64,000 nt of DNA from Thermodesulfobacteriota bacterium (GCA_965203965.1 CBDBDR010000017.1:512001-576000), one strand, 5' to 3'. Counted from the stretch's first letter, positions 52,806 to 62,489 are shown. Numbers and translations: made by a program. Notes: a model not told the origin generated them from the letters alone.

Positions 52806-53759
52806 ATGCACACCAACAACCCTATATTAAAGCTGAAAAATGAAATGGACAGGCTTGTGGTCGGCCATAGCGACGTGAAAATGGCTTTACTCCTTGGTAT
52901 TGTCTCAAGGGAGCACATTTACATTGAAGGACCTCCCGGAACCGCAAAAACAATGCTGTCCGAGATAATTTCCTCCGCTGCCCAACTGAATTTCTTTTTC
53001 TACCAACTACATAGGGATACAAGACTCTCGGAGCTAATAGGCGATCTTGTAATTTCCAAGGAACAGACCGAAGAAGGTGAAATAATCAAGCAGAAGATTG
53101 TCAAAGGTGGAATTCTCAAGTCTGAAATATGTTTGCTGGACGATATATCAAGGGCCCCGGGTGAATCGCTCAACGTTTTATTGAGAATACTTAATGAGAG
53201 AAAGTTTTTTAACGAACCAATCCCACTACTTACCGCCATTGCTACAAGCAATCCGACCGCTGATGAATACTACAATGAACCCCTTGACCCTGCTAATCTG
53301 GACAGGTTCGTTCTTCAGGTAAAATCGCTTGGAATTTCTTATGGGAAAAAATGGAATGATGCAAAAAAAATAATTGAGCTTTATTCAGACAAACCACCAA
53401 GCAAGGAAATACCTGCCGCAGTGAGTAAAAAACTGTTTGATGAATATTATTCCAGAATTGGAGAGATGAAAATACCTGTTGAAGTCCAAGAAGGTCTTGC
53501 CAACTTCATTACAATATTAGTTGAAGACTATGGATTGGATGAATCCAATTCCCTGATCTCCGACAGAACATTCTTTGTAAAGTCATTAAAAATCATAAGG
53601 TCTCACGCACTTATTTCTAACAGGGAATCCTGCACTATGGAGGATTTGAAAGCCCTGAAGTATATGACTGTTTTTAGGATCCCAGAGGAGATATATAACA
53701 ATCTGGACGAAATCTTGAACAATCTTGACCGTAAAAAAAAAGTCAAGATGAACAACTGA
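52806..53759 (+). CDS. MoxR/RavA-like AAA+ ATPase
   Basis: Walker A GPPGTAKT, Walker B-like CLLDD, LNVLLRILNER, ATSN, DPANLDRF, ISDRT. Confidence 0.85.
   Translation: MHTNNPILKLKNEMDRLVVGHSDVKMALLLGIVSREHIYIEGPPGTAKTMLSEIISSAAQLNFFFYQLHRDTRLSELIGDLVISKEQTEEGEIIKQKIVKGGILKSEICLLDDISRAPGESLNVLLRILNERKFFNEPIPLLTAIATSNPTADEYYNEPLDPANLDRFVLQVKSLGISYGKKWNDAKKIIELYSDKPPSKEIPAAVSKKLFDEYYSRIGEMKIPVEVQEGLANFITILVEDYGLDESNSLISDRTFFVKSLKIIRSHALISNRESCTMEDLKALKYMTVFRIPEEIYNNLDEILNNLDRKKKVKMNN
53733..53741 (+). other. Candidate -1 frameshift / transcriptional slippage site (A9)
   Basis: CGT AAA AAA AAA GTC; the -1 frame has TAA at 53732-53734 and is then open into the VWA gene. Confidence 0.6.
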
Positions 53760-53803
53760 GAAAAAAACCCGACGAAGAACAGCTTTCGGAATTTGAACAG
53801 GTT

Positions 53804-54916
53804 ATGCCCGATGAGGAATTAAAGGAGAAACCTGATGAAGAATCCGACAAGGAAGCCCAGGAAGAAAGTATTTCCGAAGTTAGAAAGACTTTCTTTCAAG
53901 CCCTAAAAGAACTTAAAGACAATATTGATCAGGAAAACGACATGGCTCCTCCTGATGATTTGGATATTCCATCCGATCCAACTGGTCAACCGTTTGATGA
54001 TGGTAGCAATGAAAGCAAAGACAACAGTACAGATAAGATATTTGCGAGTAAATCAAAAAATTCCGGCAAAGATGACGACCTGAAAACACCTGGGAAAAGA
54101 AACACAGAAGGTGCTGATAACATTAAGATGATAATGAAAGTACTTGAGGGAAACTTCCAGCGAAATATTGCAAGAAGAACAAATCATCCTGGAGGTGTCC
54201 CGAGAAAATGGAAAACAATGGTTTCTTTTGATGAAGTGGAAGATATTGACCCACTTGAAGCATTTATCTGGGCTGATTGCGCATCTCCCCATCTACCAAG
54301 AGTCCAGAGGAGAGAAAAAGAGAGTCTAGGGGGTGAAATAGCGATCCTTAGGGATGTCAGTACCTCAATGATGGGAGTTTATAGTGAATGGTCTTCATCG
54401 GTTGTTCAGGGAGTTATAGAACTTGGCCGTTCAAAAAACATGAGGGTGGGTTACTTGGAATTCAATCACAAATCCTATAAATACAAGAAAGATTGCAGAT
54501 TTTTTACCAGAGATTACAAATGGATACTAAACATGTCATCTAACACTGAATGCTCCGGTAATACCAACTATGAAGATGCTTTGAGAGAGGCACTTTCGGA
54601 ATTTAGAGGCAGAGGATTGAGAAATAAGCATATTTTATTCATCACTGATGGTATCCCCACGTCCGGTGATTGCGACGTTGTCACTCAGAGAATGCTCGCA
54701 AAAAAACTTGGCGTTTGTATTCACTCTATTTTTATCGGCTCAAAAAACTACCCTAAAATTTTGCAAGTCGTCTCCGAGGAAACTATCGGCACACAATTTA
54801 TTGCATCAAGAGGAAAAGACGGCAATATAAAAATAGAAAGAAAAGACAAAGCAATAAAAAACAGTAAAGAACCGAAAATGCAGGTTGATCCTTTTATAAA
54901 AGTATTTACGAGTTAA
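53804..54916 (+). CDS. VWA-domain protein with acidic N-terminal linker (frame open from 53735)
   Basis: MIDAS DVSTS...GNTNY...FITDG; acidic low-complexity N-terminus. Confidence 0.85.
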   Translation: MPDEELKEKPDEESDKEAQEESISEVRKTFFQALKELKDNIDQENDMAPPDDLDIPSDPTGQPFDDGSNESKDNSTDKIFASKSKNSGKDDDLKTPGKRNTEGADNIKMIMKVLEGNFQRNIARRTNHPGGVPRKWKTMVSFDEVEDIDPLEAFIWADCASPHLPRVQRREKESLGGEIAILRDVSTSMMGVYSEWSSSVVQGVIELGRSKNMRVGYLEFNHKSYKYKKDCRFFTRDYKWILNMSSNTECSGNTNYEDALREALSEFRGRGLRNKHILFITDGIPTSGDCDVVTQRMLAKKLGVCIHSIFIGSKNYPKILQVVSEETIGTQFIASRGKDGNIKIERKDKAIKNSKEPKMQVDPFIKVFTS

Positions 54917-55911
54917 TTTTTCCCCTTCCCTTTTATATATTTCCTTATAGCACCGGCATGCTCTTTGTAATTTCTTGAGAAATGATGAGTTCCATTATCT
55001 TTCAAAACAAAAAACAGGTAATCGGCATCCGATGGACTTGAAGCAGCTAAAATTGAGTCTCTGCCGGGATTTGAGATGGGTCCCGGTGGCAAACCATAAA
55101 TTTTGTAGGTGTTGTAAATAGAACTAGTCTTTAGGTGCTTTCGGGTGACTCTTCCCTTGAAAGATTTTCCGTGTATATAAACAGCGGTCGGATCAGATTC
55201 AAGTTTCATTCCCTTTTTCAATCTGTTATGAAAAACGGCAGATACATGTTCTTTTTCATTGCTGTTTGCTGCTTCTTTCTCTATCATTGAGGCAAGTATA
55301 ACAATTTCATGGTCGGACAGTCCTATCCTGTTCTCTTTGCGAATTTGATCATATATATTTCTGAACCTGTCCGTCATGACTCTTATTACTTTACGAGCAT
55401 CAGTATCTTTTGAAAACATATAGGTATCAGGGTAAAGGTAACCTTCAAGGCTTTTTACCTCTGTGCCGATAAGTAGGCTCGCATAATTTCCATCCATAGC
55501 CCATCGGATAAACTCATCTCCATTTGCAACACTTTGCTCATCTAAAATTTCCGAGATCTCATACAGGTTTTTACCTTCCGGTATTGTGATCTTCCTAAGC
55601 CAAACCTTTCCACTTATAAAAGTATTTACAATTTCATTAAGACTCATACCTGAAGTTATTTTATACTCTCCAGCTTGCAGTTTGCCTTCCGAACCTTTCA
55701 GTAAAACGATCAGGAGAAACAAATGTTTGCTTCGGATAATACTGTTACTTTTAAGAATAGAACCTATTTCATCAGAAGTTGCTACCTTGGGAATTTCCAA
55801 TACTACTGAATCATTTGGATATCCATCCATGTAAACAAAGTAGTAGGCAGTTAATATAAAAAATAAAATTATCACTGTGCAAAACGTCAATATGAATCTA
55901 TTTTTCTTCAT
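54913..55911 (-). CDS. mltG: Endolytic transglycosylase MltG
   Basis: LQAGEY, ITIPEG, LEGYLYPDTY, LASMIEKE, VFHNRL, GLPPGPISNPG. Confidence 0.94.
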   Translation of the reverse strand: MKKNRFILTFCTVIILFFILTAYYFVYMDGYPNDSVVLEIPKVATSDEIGSILKSNSIIRSKHLFLLIVLLKGSEGKLQAGEYKITSGMSLNEIVNTFISGKVWLRKITIPEGKNLYEISEILDEQSVANGDEFIRWAMDGNYASLLIGTEVKSLEGYLYPDTYMFSKDTDARKVIRVMTDRFRNIYDQIRKENRIGLSDHEIVILASMIEKEAANSNEKEHVSAVFHNRLKKGMKLESDPTAVYIHGKSFKGRVTRKHLKTSSIYNTYKIYGLPPGPISNPGRDSILAASSPSDADYLFFVLKDNGTHHFSRNYKEHAGAIRKYIKGKGKN

Positions 55912-57052
55912 TATCTTTGCTTATCACTGCAAGATCGTCCCTATGAACAATCTCGTTGCTGTATTTATAGCCCAGTATCCTTTCAATTTCAGATGTTTTA
56001 ACACCGATGATTCTTCTTATTTCATCAGAGTCGTATGAAACGATCCCTTTTGCAATTTCATTACCTTTATCATCAATACACAACACCGAATCACCAATCT
56101 CAAAATCACCTCTTATTTCTTTTATCCCTGATGGAAGCAGACTTTTCCCTTTTTCAACAAGAGCATCTTTTGCGCCTTTATCTACAATTATCTCACCACT
56201 GACCTGTAAATTAAAAACAATCCAGTGCTTTCTTGCATTCAATTTATCCTTTGACGGAAGCACAAATGTACCAATGTTCTCACCTTTTAATATTTTTAAA
56301 ATAACGTCTTCAACACATCCATTAGCAATGACAGAAGGCACCCCAAAAGCTGAAGCCTTTCTTGCTGCTTCAATTTTTGTTATCATCCCCCCAGTAGTAG
56401 TGGTGCCCATTGTATCTCTGGCAAGTTTTTCAAGACTATCATCAATAACTTCAACTAGAGAAATAGGCAAAGCATCACTGGTTTTGCTTGAATATTCTCT
56501 GTATATACCGTCAATATTGGTAAGCAATATCATAAGATCTGATCCTGTCAGTGAGGTTACAAGGGAAGCCAGATTATCATTATCTCCAATCATAATCTCT
56601 TCCACAGCAACAGAATCGTTTTCATTAACAATCGGCACAATTTCCATTTGAAGGAGTTTATGTATTGTTCTTCTCGCATTCAGGAATCTTTTACGATTTG
56701 ACAATCCGTCATGGGTAAGAAGTATCTGGGCAACATTTACACCAAAAGATGAGAAAGCCTTTTCATAATTCCACATAAGCAAGCCCTGCCCACAAGCTGC
56801 AATCGCCTGCTTTAAATGTATTTCAGGAGGTTTTTTCTTGAGGTTTAATTTCTTCATTCCGGAAGCAATTGCACCTGAAGACACAACAATAACTTTAAGA
56901 CCATTTCTCTGTAATTCAACTATCTGAGAGGCCAGGTCGCCAAACCTCTCTTCAACAAGATTACCCTCGCTATCAGTCAAAATACTGCTTCCAATTTTAA
57001 GGACAATTCTTTTAATTCTTGATAAAAATACTTTACGATCAAACTTGTTCAT
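55898..57052 (-). CDS. proB: Glutamate 5-kinase with PUA domain
   Basis: VLKIGSS, VSSGAI, PIVNEND, GDNDNL, GGMITK, SLLPSGI. Confidence 0.96.
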   Translation of the reverse strand: MNKFDRKVFLSRIKRIVLKIGSSILTDSEGNLVEERFGDLASQIVELQRNGLKVIVVSSGAIASGMKKLNLKKKPPEIHLKQAIAACGQGLLMWNYEKAFSSFGVNVAQILLTHDGLSNRKRFLNARRTIHKLLQMEIVPIVNENDSVAVEEIMIGDNDNLASLVTSLTGSDLMILLTNIDGIYREYSSKTSDALPISLVEVIDDSLEKLARDTMGTTTTGGMITKIEAARKASAFGVPSVIANGCVEDVILKILKGENIGTFVLPSKDKLNARKHWIVFNLQVSGEIIVDKGAKDALVEKGKSLLPSGIKEIRGDFEIGDSVLCIDDKGNEIAKGIVSYDSDEIRRIIGVKTSEIERILGYKYSNEIVHRDDLAVISKDNEEK

Positions 57053-57098
57053 CTAATAGAAAGGTTATTTTACCAAATAATGAAAAGAGTTGTATCTA

Positions 57099-57127
57099 TT
57101 GACAAATAATAACCCTCAAGCTATCTT
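57099..57127 (+). promoter_or_regulatory. Promoter of tRNA-Gly(GCC)
   Basis: TTGACA, 17 bp spacer, TATCTT, 14 bp before the tRNA. Confidence 0.7.
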
Positions 57128-57141
57128 TGACATCCGTCTAT

Positions 57142-57218
57142 GCGGGGATAGCTCAGTTGGCTAGAGCGTCTGCTTGCCAAGCAGAAGGTCGCGGGTTCGA
57201 ATCCCGTTCCCCGCTCCA
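57142..57218 (+). tRNA. tRNA-Gly(GCC)
   Basis: GCGGGGA acceptor stem, anticodon arm TCTGC-TTGCCAA-GCAGA, GTTCGAATC T loop, U73 and encoded CCA. Confidence 0.96.
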
Positions 57219-57245
57219 TTTTCCGACAGCATCTAATACAATTAA

Positions 57246-57273
57246 TTGACAAAAACAAACCTCAAGCTATCTT
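57246..57273 (+). promoter_or_regulatory. Promoter of tRNA-Gly(CCC), duplicate of the upstream promoter
   Basis: TTGACA, 16 bp spacer, TATCTT; shares CCTCAAGCTATCTTTG with copy 1. Confidence 0.65.
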
Positions 57274-57287
57274 TGGCACCCACCTAT

Positions 57288-57364
57288 GCGGGGATAGCTC
57301 AGTTGGCCAGAGCATCTGCTTCCCAAGCAGAGGGTCGCGGGTTCGAATCCCGTTCCCCGCTCCA
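57288..57364 (+). tRNA. tRNA-Gly(CCC)
   Basis: Same body as the upstream tRNA, anticodon arm TCTGC-TTCCCAA-GCAGA, encoded CCA. Confidence 0.95.
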
Positions 57365-57382
57365 GAGTTTTTTGTCAACCAT

Positions 57383-58189
57383 ATGAAAATAATTGTTTTC
57401 TCACATATTTTTCTTTTATTTTTTATTGCAAGTATTGGCTTCACAAAACCAACTGGTGAGTCCATCTCAATAGGAAAGAGAACGGCAGGGTGTATAAAAA
57501 ATTCTGCAATATTGCCGGTTGATGGTTTTGGTTATCAGGTAATCAGAACCAGTAGAAAGAGTAACTACGGTCATAAACAACTTATAATCTTGATTGAAAA
57601 CCTCGCGTCAAAGGCTAAATCAACTCACAATGTAACTCTTTTAGTAGCGGATATATCCAAGAAAAACGGCGGTCCCATGCCTAAATACCATGATAGCCAT
57701 CAGAACGGGTTGGATGTTGATATACTCTACATACATAAAAACAAGAGTAAAAATCAAAGATACTCAACAAAGGAAAGAGAAAAGATCTCACCGCGCTCAG
57801 TTATTAACACAACCCAAACGACAGTTGATCCTAACAAATGGGATTTGGTCAACGGTGAGATCTTAAAATTAGCTTCATTTCACCACAATGTTGATCGTAT
57901 TTTTGTCAATCCCTTAATAAAGAAGGAACTTTGCTTGAAATACCACAACGAAAAATGGCTTAAAAAAATCAGACCATGGTGGAAACATGACAAACATTTT
58001 CATTTAAGACTCAAGTGTCCCGTGAACAGTATAAAATGTGATCCCAGCCCTAAAATTCCAAAAGGAACAGGTTGTGGAAGCGATTTGGAATGGTGGTTTT
58101 CAAAAAAGGCACACAAAAAAGGAATAAAAAGAATTACAAACTCAAAGAAAAAGAAAGTAATGCTTCCGAAAGAATGTGACGAAATTTAG
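57383..58189 (+). CDS. mepA: Penicillin-insensitive murein endopeptidase
   Basis: Signal peptide, SIG...GCI, HDSHQNGLDVD, RIFVNP.IK, IRPWWKHDKHFHLRLKCP. Confidence 0.88.
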   Translation: MKIIVFSHIFLLFFIASIGFTKPTGESISIGKRTAGCIKNSAILPVDGFGYQVIRTSRKSNYGHKQLIILIENLASKAKSTHNVTLLVADISKKNGGPMPKYHDSHQNGLDVDILYIHKNKSKNQRYSTKEREKISPRSVINTTQTTVDPNKWDLVNGEILKLASFHHNVDRIFVNPLIKKELCLKYHNEKWLKKIRPWWKHDKHFHLRLKCPVNSIKCDPSPKIPKGTGCGSDLEWWFSKKAHKKGIKRITNSKKKKVMLPKECDEI

Positions 58190-58248
58190 ATTTTTTAAAT
58201 TGTATGGAAAAACCATAAATTAGTTGGTTATGTTACTTGGTTCGTCTT

Positions 58249-60570
58249 TTACCCATCGCCGTTTCTTTTCTTAGTAGACCCTTTTTTATTTACATTCTTT
58301 ACAGAGGAGATGTCTTTTTTGGCAATAAGATCTCTTAATGCAATTTGATCAGGTTCCACAAGTCTTTCTACATTTTCCTTGCTGATGCTGCAGACAATTA
58401 TATGACCGATTTCCGTATTGACATCATTAAAAATTTTGATTTTTTTCATACCTTGTGTCTGCTTCATATTATCGTTAGTCGGACTAACATAATGAACTGA
58501 CAGTGCGTTATAACGATAAAACAAAAACAGGCTAATCAAAGTCATTAGTCTCTTCTGTCTGAAATCAAGATTAAACGTATTCTGATCTCTTATGGAAAGG
58601 ATTACCTTTCCTTCTCTGTCTTGAAATGTTTCAAAAATAACATCTGCCATCTTGGTATTGGATTTGTCAATAATGTTCAACTCAAGCACGTTCATACCCA
58701 CTGTATGGGGTTTCAATTCCACACGTAGCTTCTTTCTAATGTTGTAATGTTTAACCCAGGTAGCAATCCACTCTTCCAAAATCTTAGGCGAGGCTTCTGT
58801 CTGTACAAGATGTTGGAACTGAGTTGAACCTTTACCCATCGCCTTTGTTGTTGCAGTTCTCCCCGAACTCGCAACCAGGGCACCATCAAGTCTTGGTCCA
58901 CCAACATGCGTTTGAGGGGTTTTATATGGTGAATCTATCAGCCTAAGCCTTCTCTGAACACGGGCAAGTGCAAGCATACCATCCTCTTGAAGTGCCTGTG
59001 AAAACTCTTCAGCTGCAAGACCATCAATCTGATGACCACCATAAGTAATAAAATCAAAAACAAATCCAAATTTTCCAATTTCTTTTGGAAAATTTTTCAT
59101 TTCCTCATCGGTCATACCCGTTGTATCCCAATTGAACGAGGGGGAAAGATTATAGGCAAGCATCTTTTCAGGGTGTACTTTGTGAATAGCATCTGCAAAC
59201 TGTTTTGCGTCCTTAATGTCTGCGGTTTTTGTTTCCATCCATAACAGATCACAAAATGGTGCAACGGCCAACGATTTTGCTATTGCGTATTCAATACCTC
59301 CTCTGACCTGGTAATACCCTTCTGGTGTGCTTGAAAGCTCACAGTCCCATTTAAGGTTCACTCCAATGTCTTCTGCCTTTATTTTTGCCTCTTCAATAGA
59401 TGCAGTCCTGGCAAACTCTTGCCACTCACCAACCGTCATACTAAACTTTGCCCCTTCCCGAATACTGAACTCCATAATATCTGTAACAGCCTCTCCAATT
59501 GTGGTCAATCCAGATTCCGATTCCCATATTTTCACAAATTGAGTGACAATTTTATCAAATGTACTTTCAAATTCAGATGTCTCTTTTGTCTTCAAAAACT
59601 TTATACTACCGTCAATAAAGTCAAATATACCGCAATTCTCAAGCCATTTATCAACTCTTTCTTCAGTAGGACTAGATGGATAACCATAAAGTAAATGACC
59701 GCTAACATCCTTCACACCTTTTTTGCTTATTCTTCTCAATATTGCAATGTAACAACTCTTATAGCTTGGAACATTCAGATTGGTAGCACCAAGTATAAAC
59801 GGATGATCTCTCTCATCATTCTTATTGTCCAACAGGTTGGCAGCTTCGGCGTCTGTTCTGGCTACAATAATCCCGGGCACTCCCATAATATCCAATTGAA
59901 ATCTTGCAGTGTTAAGCCTCTTGATCTGTTCATCAACAGAAACTAAAACCTTTCCACCTTGGTGCCCACATTTTTTTGTGCCGGGTCTTTGATCCTCAAT
60001 GTGGTAGCCTGTAACACCGACCTCAACAAATCTGCGAATCAAGTTTCTGATGTGAGCATCCCCTCCGTGTCCCGTATCTGCATCTGCAATAATAAAAGGC
60101 CTATAATCTATCTCCGAGGTTTCCGCTCTCTCTTTTGGTGTCATTCTTGATCTCATATATTTCTGGTTCTTATCAGCTGACAGGAGTGCTCTTACTATTG
60201 ATGCTGCCTCATCTGGCACCTGACTCAACGGGTAGCTTGCAAGATCCGCGCCCTGATCTTCCGTAACGGACCCTTTGGCGGAAGTGGCCCAACCTCCGAG
60301 GTATATTCCCTTTATACCTTTTCTTTTCATCATTATTGCTTGTCCAGGTGAATAGGGGCCAAAACTTGTTATTTGTTGACCCTTTTTAAACAAACTTCTT
60401 AAAAGGTCATAAAACTCTGTTGCCATTTTTCTGGTAATGGAATATTCTCTCTGGATTGTTCCTCTTTGCTCAACAACCTGCCTTGCGGAGTAAAGGCGTG
60501 TGATATTCATAAAACGGGGACTGTCAAAATATTCCTGAGTTTGCTTAATTTCTTTTTCAAATAAAGACAT
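58249..60570 (-). CDS. aceA: Isocitrate lyase, long ICL2 type
   Basis: [41 protein letters not shown]; 773 aa with a large insertion and a C-terminal extra domain ([16 protein letters not shown]). Confidence 0.92.
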   Translation of the reverse strand: MSLFEKEIKQTQEYFDSPRFMNITRLYSARQVVEQRGTIQREYSITRKMATEFYDLLRSLFKKGQQITSFGPYSPGQAIMMKRKGIKGIYLGGWATSAKGSVTEDQGADLASYPLSQVPDEAASIVRALLSADKNQKYMRSRMTPKERAETSEIDYRPFIIADADTGHGGDAHIRNLIRRFVEVGVTGYHIEDQRPGTKKCGHQGGKVLVSVDEQIKRLNTARFQLDIMGVPGIIVARTDAEAANLLDNKNDERDHPFILGATNLNVPSYKSCYIAILRRISKKGVKDVSGHLLYGYPSSPTEERVDKWLENCGIFDFIDGSIKFLKTKETSEFESTFDKIVTQFVKIWESESGLTTIGEAVTDIMEFSIREGAKFSMTVGEWQEFARTASIEEAKIKAEDIGVNLKWDCELSSTPEGYYQVRGGIEYAIAKSLAVAPFCDLLWMETKTADIKDAKQFADAIHKVHPEKMLAYNLSPSFNWDTTGMTDEEMKNFPKEIGKFGFVFDFITYGGHQIDGLAAEEFSQALQEDGMLALARVQRRLRLIDSPYKTPQTHVGGPRLDGALVASSGRTATTKAMGKGSTQFQHLVQTEASPKILEEWIATWVKHYNIRKKLRVELKPHTVGMNVLELNIIDKSNTKMADVIFETFQDREGKVILSIRDQNTFNLDFRQKRLMTLISLFLFYRYNALSVHYVSPTNDNMKQTQGMKKIKIFNDVNTEIGHIIVCSISKENVERLVEPDQIALRDLIAKKDISSVKNVNKKGSTKKRNGDG

Positions 60571-60605
60571 TCTATAACTAATCTCCTTTTGATTTTAATT
60601 GAAAC

Positions 60606-62489
60606 TCAATTTTGTAACTCAAAATCAAGGTTCTCGGTAATTCTACTTCCGTTTTCTTTAAATTTATTCATATATAGTTCAATTCTTTCCTTTGCTGTTT
60701 CCAAATTATGATTGTTTAAATTAATGTTGAGTAAATCAATATACCAAGGAGTTTTCACTTCATCAATTACATAGGATCTTACTATCTCCCTGGCAATGGG
60801 AAGTGTGGTATCCTTGGATATATCATATACATCTTTGTCTCTCGCATTAAGGAGTTTTTGGTATTCTTCATCCAGAAGCCTTTTAAACAGGTCAAGTGTA
60901 AAAATATCCCCGGCTTTTACTCCTGAACCAGAATCATCTTCAGTCATTCTGGCGCCTTTGTGTAGCCACTCCCAAAGTATGCTTAACCTAATCTCTCCAG
61001 TAGCTGCATCTTCCATGAGATAAAGTATGTTATCATCTTCAAAGAAATCCGCCGGCTTGAGTGCAGCCGCCTGAAAACCCTGTCCAAAAGCATTACCATA
61101 TTGAAGTGCTACGCTCAACAAATTTCTTGCTCCCCTGATTGTTCTCGCTTCCGGTTCAAGCTGAGTAAGACCCAATTCATCTTTTTCAGTATAAGTAAGG
61201 GGAAGAAATTTCCTGCCGAGTTGATTATTCTCTCCCATTTTTTCCCAGACAGGTCTTACAATATGAACCATTTTCCAGTGAGCAACCCATTTACCACTTG
61301 CACCTTCACGCTGCTCTCGCTTTGCGCCTGTAATTGCTTTTTCCATACTATTTGATACTCCTTCTTCACTGCCAACTGGAATATTTGGTTCCATTCCTCC
61401 CTGCCATAGAGCATATTTGCCGTTAGCATCAGGAGTGTTCACAGCACGGCGGACACGATCTTCATAGTTTCTCATGTAGGAATAGGTCATTGTAATTGAC
61501 TCAATATTGGGGTTTATAAAATCGACGTCCCATGCCATTGCATCCGCTACACTATTTATGTAATCCCATCTACCCGTATTGAAACCTACAAAGTGTTTCC
61601 CAAGCACAGCACGAATCTCCATCAATTGGTATGTTTCTTCAAGCTGTTCAATCAAAACATAAACCTTAATAGTCCCTATTTTTAAATTCAAATGATTCTC
61701 AAGTGCGGATATAATCTTATTCCAAAGCACTGCTTCCTCTGCAGTCTGGATTTTAGGCAGATAAAGAACAAGAGACCTGTTATTTTTAATTAGTTCTTTA
61801 TAAATGTTTACAACATATAAAACTAAATCCACAATAGATGCAGACATTGCTATACCGTTTTCATCGCGAATATGCCTGTCGTCAAGATGAAGCCCTCTCG
61901 CCCGGAAAATTACAGTTGTAAAATCAAGTTGATCTTTCCAATTTTCAATTATATTGTGTCCAAAAAACTCATTGCCCCATTTATTCATAGTGTCTGCAAT
62001 TTTTTCAGCAACATTAAGAAATAATGTGTCCCTGTATATTGCAAGTTTAAGATTCCTGATGTTATCAAGCGACATACTGTTGATCTGTCCAAGAGCATCT
62101 TCACCATCAAACATCCAACCATCTGCACCAGACAGAAGAGCATAAGCCACATTCCGTATACTGGCTTTCACAGGAGAACCAGGTTTTGCAGCGGGACCGG
62201 TTCCCTGTATCCATTGTCTTTGAAGATCATGTGGTATTTCTCCTCCTTCAAATTTGCCATCTCGTACATCCTGAACCTTAAGGTTTGTTCCAGGTATTAT
62301 TTCATCCGGCCTGAGGAAGGTAATTCTTTTTTTATTTTTATACCTATCTTCTCTTAATTGGTACCTCTTATTCATGAGATTTTTTTGATCTTTATTGAAT
62401 TTTGAAAGTAATTCTAGAGCCTCCAAAGACTCGGGAGTATATACATCTGGGTATTGTTTTTTTAAATCACCTATTACATGCAAACTCAT
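60606..62489 (-). CDS. Malate synthase
   Basis: WMFDGEDA, FRARGLHL, LYLPKIQ, VLIE, NTGRWDYINS, LMEDAATGEIR; upstream of isocitrate lyase. Confidence 0.88.
   Translation of the reverse strand: MSLHVIGDLKKQYPDVYTPESLEALELLSKFNKDQKNLMNKRYQLREDRYKNKKRITFLRPDEIIPGTNLKVQDVRDGKFEGGEIPHDLQRQWIQGTGPAAKPGSPVKASIRNVAYALLSGADGWMFDGEDALGQINSMSLDNIRNLKLAIYRDTLFLNVAEKIADTMNKWGNEFFGHNIIENWKDQLDFTTVIFRARGLHLDDRHIRDENGIAMSASIVDLVLYVVNIYKELIKNNRSLVLYLPKIQTAEEAVLWNKIISALENHLNLKIGTIKVYVLIEQLEETYQLMEIRAVLGKHFVGFNTGRWDYINSVADAMAWDVDFINPNIESITMTYSYMRNYEDRVRRAVNTPDANGKYALWQGGMEPNIPVGSEEGVSNSMEKAITGAKREQREGASGKWVAHWKMVHIVRPVWEKMGENNQLGRKFLPLTYTEKDELGLTQLEPEARTIRGARNLLSVALQYGNAFGQGFQAAALKPADFFEDDNILYLMEDAATGEIRLSILWEWLHKGARMTEDDSGSGVKAGDIFTLDLFKRLLDEEYQKLLNARDKDVYDISKDTTLPIAREIVRSYVIDEVKTPWYIDLLNINLNNHNLETAKERIELYMNKFKENGSRITENLDFELQN

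Noticed and set aside
56007..56651. Long antisense ORFs (214 aa opposite proB; also 199 aa at 16724-17323 opposite metH)
   Set aside because: Shadows of well-conserved genes on the other strand, with no recognisable motifs
57142..57364. Duplicated tRNA as the attL/attR scar of an integrated element
   Set aside because: Both copies are full length with their own promoters and only 69 bp apart; no integrase or cargo
57262..57465. 67-aa minus-strand ORF
   Set aside because: Antisense shadow of tRNA-Gly(CCC) and the mepA start
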